Positions 1 to 12,329 of a stretch of DNA of 64,000 nt are shown here, piece after piece; position 1 is the stretch's first letter, and the number at the start of each line of letters is the position of its first letter. Origin of the DNA: Octopus bimaculoides (Eukaryota); contig NC_069004.1 in the NCBI RefSeq assembly GCF_001194135.2, positions 19,646,219-19,710,218 of the forward strand, written 5' to 3'. The translations under genes and the position numbers were made by a program. The notes below the pieces were generated by a model. The model did not search any database and had not been told where the DNA came from. It saw only the letters and a program-made list of their open reading frames with translations.

Positions 1-84
1 TATGTACATATACATATATATGTAGGTATGTACATAGATATATGCATATATTTATATATTTTTTATATTATATATGTATATGTA

Positions 85-161
<77 letters not shown>

Positions 162-642
162 AAAATTTAACAAAAACACAACAAACAGAAATATTACAAA
201 AACATAACAAACAGAAAATTAATAGCTTATTCCTCATCAGTCAACATTCAAAAGACCGTCGCAATTTCACGCCTTTAATGTTGATATTGTTCACTTTTGG
301 TGGCAGTAGTGGCAAAAGGCCACTGGAAATAGTTAACGAATGTACAAGACACTTGGAGGATATCGGGTTTTAATCATAGATCACATTTGTTTCTGCACCG
401 CACACCAGCTTTAAGTTGCTGAGTTTATGCTCATATACTATTATGAATGATCATTCTTTATAATTACTATACAGTTGAAGTAGTTGCATGCTGTCAACTT
501 AATGTGACAGTCCCCTGAAGGGAATAATACTACTGTTGTTCAGACCTAGGAAGCTGCACCGCTTCCTGTTGGCCTTGACACATTTCCTGTGTCCTTATGT
601 TTACAAGGGGGAGACCAGCACCTCCACCCAGCTAAGCCTGCA

Positions 643-685
643 TCCAGAGACATGTTTCTGAGTCTTTGCTCGTCATCAGTCTGGA
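643..685 (-). ncRNA. Mirror copy of the minimal hammerhead motif in the left arm
   Basis: Exact reverse complement of 868-910. Confidence 0.7.
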
Positions 686-867
686 GTAGCATGACCTGCT
701 AGTCGAAGATGCCTGTCAAGCTCTTGTAAACATATAATAATTCTAGTGAAATACATTCACTGATTTCAAAAACAGAAATAATGCATTTCTAAATCTCTCA
801 GAGAGATTTAAGCAGTAGTGATACGATGAAGTAGATACAAGCATCTTCGACTAGCAGGTCATGCTAC

Positions 868-910
868 TCCAGACTGATGACGAGCAAAGACTCAGAAACA
901 TGTCTCTGGA
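868..910 (+). ncRNA. Minimal type-I hammerhead ribozyme motif (Penelope type)
   Basis: UCCAGA-CUGAUGA-c-GAG caaaga CUC-a-GAAAC-au-GUC-UCUGGA. Stem I UCCAGA/UCUGGA, intact CUGAUGA core, stem II GAG/CUC, GAAA, palindromic ACAUGU stem III and a GUC site. The C/A mismatch at the base of stem II is non-canonical. Confidence 0.7.
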
Positions 911-3371
911 TGCAGGCTTAGCTGGGTGGAGGTGCTGGTCTCCCCCTTGTAAACATAAGGATACAGGAAATGTGTCAAGGCCAACAGGAAGCGGTGCAGC
1001 TTCCTAGGTCTAACCAACAGTAGTATTATTCCCTTCATGGGACTGTCACATTAAGTTGACAGCATACAACTACTTCATCATATTACTAGTGCTTAAATCT
1101 CTAAATGTATTATTTCTACTATATAGTTGAATGTTCTTCAGCAACAGCCATGTGTGGGTGCTTCATCAGGTGGAATACAATTAATTCCTTGTGTGTGTGT
1201 GTGTGTGTGTGTGTGTTTGTATATAGGCATAGCTGTGAGGTTAAGAGTTTCAGTCATTACACTACGGCCATGCTGGGGCATCACCTTCAAGAATTTTTTG
1301 TCAAAAGAATCAACCCCAGTACATAGTTTTTTTTTTTTGGTGTAAAGCCCGGTATTTATCTATCGGTCCCTTTTGCTGAATCGCTAAGTTACGGGGATGT
1401 AAACACACCAACACCAGTTGTCAGGCGGTTGTGGGGACAAAGACACACATGTAGATACATATACACATATACGACAGGCTTCCAGTTTCCGTCTATCAAA
1501 TCCACTCAAGAATCTTGTCGGCCTGAGGCCATAGTAGAGGACACTTGTCGGAAGTGCCATGCAGTGGACTGAAGCCAGGACCATGTGGTTGAGAAGCAAG
1601 CGTCTTACCACACACTCATGCCTGTGCCTATGTATATATATACACACATATATATTATTTATATTATATATATATCTAATATAAATAATTAGTTGCAAAT
1701 TATACATTGTTTTCTAGCTTTCATAAAATGGTATCCACTATTGATTGTTTTATGGCAGCCAACTGTTTTCCATTATATTCTTCACAAGGGGTACACCAGT
1801 ACCATGGGACATAACAAATGATTATGCTGCCAGATAAAGATTGAGAACTTCTGCTCTACATGATTATTCGACTTGGAGTTTGCTTAAAAGAAATAAATAA
1901 ATAAATAAAAAAACAGCCAGATCTCCTTGTCTCTGAGTTGTAGGAAGCATGGTCAAGATTGGGATGCCTTTGACTAGTTGTCTGCTGAAGCAGAGTTGGC
2001 TGTGGGTTAAACACCACAGCAACAAAATTAGTTAGAAAAGGAAACCACAAAGTGGTTAGCTGACCTGCTAGAAATGACAGCAAAATATCCCCAGAGAACA
2101 CTCTTTTGATACCAACCCACCTGTATTGCTCCTGCTTCTATGATACAAACTTTCTGTATAAAGTGATCTAAATTAGAATATACCATTAAAATTCCTTGTT
2201 AATTTATGTTCCAATTACCAGCTTAGTAATGACCAAGATATTTTACCAAATTCTTTATTATTTTCAAAAATGCAATATAGTTCAACAGATGTATGGTAAC
2301 AAAGGGGTTAACTCATTTGTTACCATATCAGACAACGTAGCCCCTGATCTATGAAAGAAGAAAAGCTATTATGATCAAAGCCGGACTGTCTTTGTTGTAT
2401 CATGACTGTCGACTAAACAAAACTAGGTGTTGGATTATTAATTTATTTTCCACTGACATTCTTGACGGGGTGTCTGATTTTTAAATCTTTGTAAATATTC
2501 ATTGTGATGGTGGTTAAAGTTTGTGGTGTTGGCAGCAGTTTTTAGTCATAAAATTAATAATAGATTTGCTTAAAATGCTAAAATTGATATAATAATCAGC
2601 ACTTGGATTATTTCTGTGGTTTCATATATTTGAACCAAACAACCTTAAGAAGTAATTTTATTAACTGAACTGATTAGTAAAATACTAGCTGCCAAAAAGA
2701 GTGCCACTAACATCATGGAAATAAATAATAAAGTCTTCTGTAAGAAAAATGAAAGCAAAACAAATCTTTTTATGGTAAATCAATTCACTGAGACTCAGTA
2801 AACAATAGATAAGTAATGATAGTCGTGGGGGCAGGTTTCAGTTTTGATCTTTAATCCTTTAGCATTCAGATTAATACCCTGTCAAATGTAATGCTTATTT
2901 ATTCACTAAACCCCTGCCACTTCCAGCACCATGACCACCAATTCACATGATTTTGACCTTCCTTGGTCTCATCATTGATGGATGCTCGGCCACTAGAGAT
3001 AGTGACTCTTCTCCCTGCCAACATTATATAGAAAAACATTGCCAGAACAGGTGCTGGTGTTGCGATTAGCTAGTGAGCTTGTTAAAAAAATATATATTAG
3101 CAACAGATAATGAAAGGGTTAAAAGATAGGGTAGGGGTTATTATTGCAGTTGATTTTTTTACTACATATCTATATGCTGTGATTGCAATGCATTCCTGTT
3201 TGTGACCTAATGCTGCTAATTGTTCTTGAGGGAAATGTATGAATGTCACCTCTTCCAGTTTCCTGTAGCACTAAAAATGTTAAGCAGTTAATACTGATGT
3301 AAAATAAAATGTCAAATGTGTATATCTGAATTTTAAAACAAAATATGATATGTTTGTTCTGTCTGTTTCAG

Positions 3372-3558
3372 GTCAGAAGACATGCTTGCATGTTCACGGT
3401 GTTTTTCCATACTTGTACGTGCCATATGATGGCACGCAACCTTGCAGTACATATCTGCACCAATTTGCTGCCAGCTTGGATAAGGCCATTAACATTGCTA
3501 CCGGTCATTCTACCAGCAATACCAAACATGTGTACAAAATCAGTTTGGTGTCTGGAAT
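3372..3558 (+). CDS. REV3L: REV3L (DNA polymerase zeta catalytic subunit) internal exon, equivalent to vertebrate exon 2; 187 nt, phase 1 to 2
   Basis: Acceptor tttcag and donor AT|gtaagt. Translates (G)QKTCLHVHGVFPYLYVPYDG...FAASLDKAINIA...HVYKISLVSG, matching the REV3 N-terminal motif GQKTCLHLHGIFPYLYVPYDG...HVFKISLVSG as I recall it. Confidence 0.97.
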
Positions 3559-6500
3559 GTAAGTGTTATTTATTTTATAATATATATATATGTGTTTGTG
3601 TGCGTGTATTTATGCTCATCTGTCACATGACCCATTTCTATCTTACTTTATTTGCTTATTAGTGGTGTACCATCATGAGTTGTAATAGGTGAGTTATGTT
3701 GCTCTTGTGGCAAATGAACTAAAAAAAGATTATTATGACAATGATAAATGCTATTGTCATCATCATCATCATCGTTTAATGTCCACTCTCCATGCTGGCA
3801 TAGGTTGGATGGTTTGACATGGAGCTGACTAGCAGGGAACTGTCTAAACTTCAACAGTCTGTTGTGGCATGGTTTTTATGGCTGGATGCCCTTCCTAATG
3901 CCAACCATTTAGCAGAGTGTGCTGGGTGCTTTTTACATGTCGTTGGCATGGGTGTGCGAATGCAGCACCGGCACGGGTGCTTTTTAAGTGGTACTGGTAC
4001 CTGGAAGAACAAGCCTGTATGTGTGAGAGACAGTCATTTTTCTTAGCTTAACAGGTCTTATCAAGTACAGCAAATCGCCACATCTTCTGGTCCCTTGTCA
4101 TTTCCTCAGTGAGGCCCCATGTCTTCCTGGGTCTAATAATAATGTGAGCAGGCAGAATTGTTAGCACGCCAGGTGAAATGGTTAGCGATAATTCATCTGC
4201 TGCTACATTCTGAGTTCAAATTGAGTTGGCAGAATAATTAAGATTCTAGGAAAATGTTTAGCAGTATTTTGTCTGTCTTTATGTCTTTGAGTTCAAATTC
4301 TGTCGTGGTTGACTTTGCTTTTTGTCTCTTTGGGATTGTTGAAATCAGTACCAGTCAGGCACTGGGGTTGACTAAGCCCCCACTCCAAATATTCAGGCCT
4401 TGTGCCTATCATCGAAAGGATTATTATTATCACTGTATAAAGGCAGTAACAGAGTAGAAGTGATAGTAGCATGACAAGCTAAATTCCTTCAGGTACATAG
4501 TTCAAACCCTCCCTTTGATTGACTTTACCTTTCAAGGTTTACCTTTTCCTGAGGTTGATAACATAAATGCCAATCAAGAACTGGGTTTGATGTAATTGAT
4601 CCTTCTCTTTGAGTCGATAAAATGAGTTTCAGTTGATAAAACCGATAAAACCAACCATGCTCCTAAATCTGTGGATTTGTACTGAAGGAATCATAACCCT
4701 AACCATTGTCATCAACAGGCCAGTAGGGGTGGGAGGGACAGTAGAGTGTCTGACCAGCTTCCCTACATTATTTAGTTTGATTCCTTTGTATTCTGTGCGA
4801 CACTGGGATTGATGTGGTCTCTCCATAGAATTAGCAGAATTGCTGTCTCCAACACATAGCAGACACAGTTCTCAGACAGTGCTAAAAGCATCATCATCAT
4901 TCTTTAACATCCATTTTTCCATACTGGCATAGGTTGGTTGGTTTGACCAAAGCTGGGAAACTGCACCAAGTTCTAGTCTAATTTGGGTTGGTTTCTACGG
5001 CCAGATGCCCTTCCTAATGCCAACCACTTTAAAATGTGTGCTGGGTGCTTTTAACATGGCATTACATGAGCACTTTTATGTGGCACTGGCACAGGTCTCT
5101 TACAGGCCCTCTTCACCAGGAGGAGTGGCCATAATACTTTGACTGTAAAGAACCGCTCTTTTTGAGTACAGCAAAGCACCAGATATCTCAGTCCTTTGTC
5201 ATCTCGTTTGAAAGGTTCATCGTCATCATTCATTATGTATGCTGTTTATCCTCAGGTCAGTCCTAATCATGTTTTGACCACCCTGTCTTTTATTCACTGA
5301 TACATTTATCTTGACTGTAGAATGTGATTTGAGGAATACTCAGCTGCTGTCTCAAGCAGCTTCAGCAACCCTGTTGCTTATGTATGTTCTTTTTCTGCTT
5401 TAACAAATATTGAAAAATTATCATCTTCCACATCACCTTTGTTATTTTGGTCAAGAACTGAGCTCACTTTGATTATTAGGAATTGTATTTAAGAAATTGC
5501 TAAAATATTTTGTGTTTAACCAGTTTTATTGCACATAAATTTTAACAACAAAATCTTATATGGACCCCACTTAAGAACCAGATTTATGCCTGTTCTTAAA
5601 TTTCTGGCCTCGGAATTGTTAGAGCAGTGAACAAAACAAAGTGTCTTATGGTATTTGTTATTGCTTTTTACTTTCTAAGTTCAAGTTTTGTCGAGGTCAG
5701 CTTTGCCTCTCATGCTTCTGAGGTTATTGAAATGAAGTAAATAGTCAATTAGTGAGATTGATTTAATCAACTAATGTCCTCCCATCAAGTTTCTAGGCTT
5801 GTATCTATATCAGAAACAATTGTCAGTGCAGTGAGTGAGTAGGTAGAGCATCATAGAATAAACTTTTAACATTGTAAGTTCAAATACTACTAAAGTCGAA
5901 ATTTTATCTTTAATACTTGGGGAGAAGATAAAATGAAGTATCAGTTAAGCACTGGGGGGGGGGGGTAGATTTAATGGACGAACTCTTCTTATCAGATGTT
6001 TGGCCCTGTGCCTAAATTAGAAATGTTCGGAAGGGAGATTGGCAGAGGGTTTGTTAGGGTGTTGGGGAAAATGCTTAGTCATATTTCTTCCAGTTTTCTG
6101 TATTCTTTGTTCAAATCCTGCTGTAACCAAGTTTGTTTTTCATACCTCTACAGTCAAATATAGGGGTCCGTGGTATTGATTAATCCTTCTCAATTGCTGC
6201 CCGTGTGCCTACATTAGGAACTATTACTATTATTGCTTAGCAGCATTTTGTCCATCTTTCATTGAGGCTGACTTTACCTTTCCTCCTCTCAAGGTTGATA
6301 AAATAAGTACCAGTTGAGTACTGGGGATCAATGTAATTGACTTATCTTTCTCCCTCGAAATTGCTGGCCTTGTGCCAAAATTTGAAACTATTATTATTAT
6401 TATCATCATCATGTGAGGAGGCATGGCCTAGTGGTCAGGGAGTTGCACTCACAATCACAAGATCATGGTTTCAATTCCTAGACAAGGTGGTGTGTTGTGC

Positions 6501-6630
6501 TCTTGAGTAAAGCACTTCATCTCATGTTGCACTGCAATCACTTCAGCATCTGATGCGTACTACATTGTGCACCTGTACAGGTAGCATCAATTTGATGTAG
6601 GGAGTAATCCAATGTATTTGATCACATATA

Positions 6631-7020
6631 GGCGCAGGAGTGGCTGTGTGGTAAGTAGCTTGCTTACCAACCACATGGTTCCGGGTTCAGTCCCACTGCG
6701 TGGCACCTTGGGCAAGTGTCTTCTACTATAGCCTCGGGCCGACCAAAGCCTTGTGAGTGGATTTGGTAGACGGAAACTGAAAGAAGCCCGTTGTATATAT
6801 ATATATGTATGTGTGTTTGTGTTTGTCCCCCCACCATCGCTCGACAACCGATGCTGGTGTGTTTACGTCCCCCGTAACTTAGTGGTTCGGCAAAAAGAGA
6901 CTGATAGAGTAAGTGCTAGGCTTACAAAGAATAAGTCCTGGGGTCGATTTTCTTGACTAAAGGCGTTGCTCCAGCATGGCCGTAGTCAAATGACTGAAAC
7001 AAGTAAAAGAGCAAAAAGAG
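6631..7020 (+). mobile_element. Full-length composite tRNA-derived SINE (family A: tRNA-like head, microsatellite linker, LINE-like tail) with target-site duplication
   Basis: Head ggcgcaggagtggctgtgtggtaag...ggttcagtcccact; duplication atgtatttgatcac at 6612-6625 and 7022-7035. Other copies on +: about 8395, 8943, 12860, 19720, 22015, 23700, 46368, 55932, 59250. On -: about 1225, 14310, 16290, 29460, 37040, 55125, 56700, 57570. Confidence 0.9.
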
Positions 7021-7129
7021 TATGTATTTGATCACTATAATCAAATCATTTGTGCAGGTTATTCAGCAAATGCTGAACACTTCTGCGTTATCTTCGATGA
7101 GAGGGTCCATCACATTATTATTATTAAGA

Positions 7130-8225
7130 AGACAGCAAGCTAGCAAAATGCTTAGCAGCATTTCATCCATCTTTATGTCCTGAATTCTAATTCTGCTGAG
7201 GTCAATTTTGCCTTTCATCCATTCAGGGTTGATAAATAAGTACAGTTGAGTACTAGGGTTGATCTAATTGACTTATCCCCTACCCTGAAATTTCTGGCCT
7301 CTTGCCAAAATTTCAAATCCTTATTATTAAGATAGTGAGCTCACAGAATCGTTAGCACGCTGGGCAAAATGCTTAACATCATTTCATCTGTCTTTATGTT
7401 CTGAGTTCAAATTCTGCTGAAGTCTATTTTGCCTTTCATCCTTTTGGGCTCAATGAAATAAGTACCAGTCATGTACTGGAGTTGATATAATTGACTAGCA
7501 TCCTCCCACAAAATTTCTGGTCTTGTGCCTATAATAGAAAGGATAGTTGATGTTTTTGTTATTAAGGCGGTGAGCTGGCAGAACTGTTAGCACGCTGGAC
7601 GAAATGCTTAGCATATTTCGTCCATTGCTACGTCCTGAGTTCAAATTCTGCTGAGGTCAACTTTACCTTTCATCTTTTCGGAGTTGATAACTTAAGTACC
7701 AGTTATACACTGGAGTCGATGTAATCGACTCATCCCCTTCCCCAAAATTGTTGCCCTTGTGGCAAAATTTGAAACTATTATTATTATTATCATTATTATT
7801 ATTATTACTATTATTAAGGTGGCGTACTGGCAGAATCAAAAGCACACTGGACGAAATGCGTAGCAGTTTTTCACCAGTCGCTGCGTTCTGAGTTCAAATT
7901 CTGCAAAAGTCGACTTTGCCTTTCCTCCTTTCGGGCTCGATAGATTAAGTACCAGTGAAACATTGGGATCAATGTAATCAACTTATCCCTTCCCCAAACA
8001 TTTCAGGCCTTGTGCCTATAGTAGAAAGGATTATTATTATTAAGACATGCTGGGAAAAATGATTAGCAGTGTTTAATCCATCTTTATGTCCCAATATCAA
8101 CTTTGTCTTTTACCCTTTTGGGACTGATGAAATAAGTATTAGACAAGCACTGGGGTTGATGTAATCGACGAGCCTTCTCCCCCAAATTTCAGGCCTTGTG
8201 CCTATAGTAGATAAGATTATTATTA
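7130..8225 (+). repeat. Head-to-tail cluster of about five family B SINE copies separated by (TAT)n tails
   Basis: The unit gctggcagaa...gagttcaaattc...gcctttcatcc...aagtaccag...ggccttgtgcc...ttattatt recurs at about 7131, 7330, 7565, 7817 and 8045. Confidence 0.85.
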
Positions 8226-9699
8226 ATAACGAAATATAACAGTCAAATAAATAAGATACTTCTGGATGTGACTCCATTTTCTATTGAATCTAATATTGTC
8301 ACCACCTTCCACCCCTGATCAAGATATCTGATTTCATATATTGATCAAAGAATTCATTAGTCATTGTCATAATTTTATTTAATTTTTGTAATTAGGAGTG
8401 ACTGTGTGGTAAAAAGCTTACTTCTCAACCACGTGTTTCTGGTTTCAGTCCCACTGCATAGCACCTTGGGCAAGTGTCTTCTGTGGCTTTGGGCCAACCA
8501 AAACCTTGTGAGTGAATTTGGTAGACTGAAACTGAAAGAAGCCTGTGATATATATACACACATACACACATGCATATATGTGTGTGTGATTATCCTCACC
8601 ACCACTTGACAACCAGTGCTGGTGTGTTTGCCTACCTGTAACTTAACAGTTTAGCAAAAGAGATCGATAGAATAAATACCAGGCTTAAAAATAAAATGAA
8701 TTACTCAAGTCGATTCATTCGACTAAACTTCTTCAAGGTGTTGCCAGCATGGCCGCGATCTAATGACTGAAAGAAGTTTAAAAATATATACTGTTAAGAG
8801 TAACTTTGTCTTCCTTCTTTCTGAGAGTTGATAAAAATATATACCAGTAATACACCAGGTTGAGTTTATTGATTCCATCCTCACAATCATTGTGCCAAGA
8901 CTAAAAGTCGTTAATTATTATTAACAATGTTGACAGACTGTAGGCGTAGGAGTGGCTGTGTGGTAAGTAGCTTGCTTACCAACCACATGGTCCTGGGTTC
9001 AGTCCCACTGTGTGGCATCTTGGGCAAGTGTCTTCTACTATAGCCTCGAGCCGACCAAAGCCTTGTGAGTGGATTTGGTAGACGGAAACTGAAAGAAGCC
9101 CGTCATATATATGTATATATGTATGTGTTTGTCCCCGCAACATCGCTTGACAACCGATGCTGGTGTGTTTATGTCCCTGTAACTTAGCGGTTCGGTAAAA
9201 GAGACCAATAGAATAAGTACTAAGCTTCTAAAGAATAAGTCCTGGGGTCGATTTACTCGACTAAAGGCGGTGCTCCAGCATGGCCGAAGTCAAATGACTG
9301 AAACAAGTAAAAGAGTAAAAGAGACTGGGTTTGTTTCCAATTTACTTGTACCACATAGCAGAGTAAGTTGTCACTGACTGTCTCTTTCTAGCCTTGAATG
9401 AACCACAGCAGGGGAGGCTTCATTAGGGCCTTTGCAAGATAGGGGGGGGGGAGAAAAAAAAATAAGGTGTTTCATTTTAGCAATGATTATAAAAGAAGAC
9501 ATTGTGAATTTAGATGCCAAACAAAGTGTCTTATTCATTCAGTTTTGAATGTTTATTAAGCACACCTGGTCTCTTCATTTGGTAAAAAAAAAAAAGGAAA
9601 AGGAACAAACAAACAAAAATACTATTGTCTGGTCCATGCTATCTACACAGATTGTATAGAAACTTGAAATGCTAGGAAGATGCACGTGTAAGTGAGTAA

Positions 9700-9979
9700 G
9701 TGTGCGTGCATGTGTGGATGTGTGCACGTGCATAGACACACATAATGTATGTGTGTGTGTGTATATATATGTTTATGTGTGTGTGTATGTATATATATAA
9801 ATCTGCTGGTGGCTATTTCTGACTACTGTATTTACTTACCAGTTCCATCATGTAACACTGCACTGCTATGTATTTCTGTCAAATCTATGCAAATCAATTT
9901 CTCTCTTTCACTTTGTACGTGTGTATATTATTTATATATATATATATATGTGTGTGTACGTGTGTTTGTACACCTACTT

Positions 9980-10028
<49 letters not shown>

Positions 10029-10220
10029 GTGAGGAGGCACAAATATATGCATCCGCACATACACTCCTCTTCTCTCAGATTTCCTAAACAAAATACCTTG
10101 ATGGTTAAAACTGCACTTAACCATACAAGATCATTTCTTTGGGAATCTTTCTCCTAACTACTTTCATCAGTGCCTCAACTTTACTTTTTCAAAAATTCTT
10201 CAAAGTAACATAACCTGTTT

Positions 10221-10270
<50 letters not shown>

Positions 10271-10597
10271 AAACTATTTTATCAACTCTATCACAGTAAA
10301 CAACTGTTTTTAGTTTAGTACAAATGTTCATCTCTATAAAATTTGTTTTTATCCCTTCGCTTTCTCCTCACCTCATTCTTTCCTGACATCTTTCTATCTC
10401 TCTATATGTCTCTCTTTCCATGCCTCTCACATTCTCCTCTTTCTGCCACTCTCACATTTTCTCTCTCTCACACACTTTCTCTCTTTCCCTCCCTCCCTCT
10501 CTTTTCTTACCAATTTCCCAAGCTGGTTGGTTCCTACTTCAGTTGGCATTAACATGATGTTCTGATTGCTATTTGTGTTCACTGAACGTCCATGCTT

Positions 10598-10634
<37 letters not shown>

Positions 10635-11230
10635 AACACACACTCACTGTCTCCCATTCTCCCTTCTCTCTTCTCCATTCCCACCACCACCACCACTACT
10701 ACTGTTGCTGCCATAGCAACCACCAATCCTACTGATAGCTGTAGCACTGTTTAGTGAGTACAGCTTCAGTGTGTGTGTTTGTGTGTATTTATGTGTATGC
10801 ATTTGTATGTGTAGAGAGAGAGAGAGATAGAGAGAAAGAGAACTAGAGCCAGTGACTTGAAAATATGATGTCTGCAGTCACCAGCATTTCTTCTCTTTTT
10901 CTCTCTTCCATTCTCTTTCTCTCCACCCTCTTCACTTTTATATGTCCTACTCTTCTGCCTGTCTTTCTGACTGACTGTCTGGCTGCCTGCCTGCCTGCCT
11001 GCCTCTTGTCTTACTCCCTCTCTACCTGTCTATCTCACTGTCCCTCTCCCTTTCTTTCTCTCTCTCTCTCGCTATCTGTTTGTCTGTTTAGCTATCTGGC
11101 TATCTTTCCCCTACCACTCTTCTAACTGACTGTCACCTCATTGATTTCAAGAGTGGTTGTGTTATGTCCAGAGGCTGTTAGTTATTATGGCTGACCTCTT
11201 CACTCAGCACATTACTACACACATATGCAC

Positions 11231-11283
<53 letters not shown>

Positions 11284-11523
11284 CTGCACAGACTCACAAC
11301 TAGACATAGGCACTCACTCACGCACGCGCATGCATGTATGCACGAACTCCCTCTCACTCATTTTCTCTCCAGGCACTTGTGTCCCTTTCACAATTGATAG
11401 CAGTCAATGCATTTCCTCTTTCTCAGCTCTTAAATATTGCAGCTGGGAGAGTTTGTAGTAATATTGATGACTGCGGCGATGATGATGATGATGATGATAG
11501 AAATGTTGGCTCCCTTTGTACAT

Positions 11524-11555
<32 letters not shown>

Positions 11556-11750
11556 ATATACATACACATATACATAGTTTTATCACTGATCATTTATTTT
11601 ATTTTTATATTTCTTTGACAAAGGCAGAAATGATCTTTTAATTGAATTTTAATTATTTGTTACCTTCCAAAATCAGAATGGACTAATGGGGCACTGTATA
11701 AGTGTGTGTGTGTGTGTGTGTTGTGAAAGAGAGAGAGAGAGAGTGGTTAC
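9700..11750. repeat. Microsatellite-dense island: (TA)n, (CT)n, (CA)n, (GA)n, (ACC)n, (GAT)n
   Basis: Directly visible tracts, e.g. (CT)n at about 10225-10265 and 10595-10623, and (CA)n at about 11235-11280 and 11525-11553. Confidence 0.9.
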
Positions 11751-12104
11751 AGTTGACTTAAGACTTGTATTTTCAAGATATTAATTCTGTTATTTCATTC
11801 TTAATTTTAGTTTTATCTAGAACTGTGAGCTACAATATGTGTAACCTGGTTCCAATTTATCAGAGAATTCCTATTCCAAAGCCCTTTCACAGCACCTTGT
11901 ACACAAAAACAACATACATGCACCACAGGTTATCTCTTTTCATCTGTAAACTGGATTTGAACCCCAGTGGTGTATGCTATTGTCAGTTACATAGTGTTTC
12001 CATCTGCCAGCTTTCACCAACAAACGATAAACTGTCTCAGGCTTTCTAAACATCTCTATGGAATCTATTTGACAGCTGGATGGACTACCCCTGTGAAATT
12101 TTAA

Positions 12105-12329
12105 CCCTTTAGCATCCAGGTTACTCTGTTAAATGTAATTCTTATTTATTCATATTGTTTTGGATTAATCATGCATTAATTTATCTTTAAACTTCAAGAT
12201 TTTGATGATGTGATTCTTTATTTCTGTAGAGACATTGTAGGTTGGATGTGGGAGGCCACATATGGACAGTTTGAACATACAATAGGTACAACATATGGGC
12301 TGGACATGACTGGTTTGGATGCTAAAGGG
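12105..12329 (+). mobile_element. piggyBac-like MITE family 1 (TTAA target duplication)
   Basis: TTAA|CCCTTTAGCAT...ATGCTAAAGGG|TTAA. Related copies at about 34425-34647, 60074-60264, 60292-60462 and 62770-62973, with fragments near 2850, 15180, 17250, 25925 and 50330. Confidence 0.8.

Larger units (their letters stand above)
476..1077. repeat. Long inverted repeat (fold-back), arms 476-712 and 841-1077; probably inverted Penelope-like terminal repeats
   Basis: The 237-bp arms are reverse complements with about 5 mismatches by eye, separated by a 128-bp spacer. Each arm carries a hammerhead motif. Confidence 0.9.

Noticed and set aside
1-3371. Search for REV3L exon 1 and promoter
   Set aside because: No MFS.RIV...VPV.RVFG-like frame ending in a phase-1 donor was found, so exon 1 must lie upstream of the window.
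6631-6710. tRNA-like A/B-box sequences
   Set aside because: They are SINE heads continuing into SINE bodies in many diverged copies; I found no complete cloverleaf tRNA gene.
7130-8225. Regularly spaced repeats that might suggest a CRISPR-like array
   Set aside because: The units are diverged SINEs of about 200 bp in a eukaryotic intron, with no repeat-spacer structure or cas genes.
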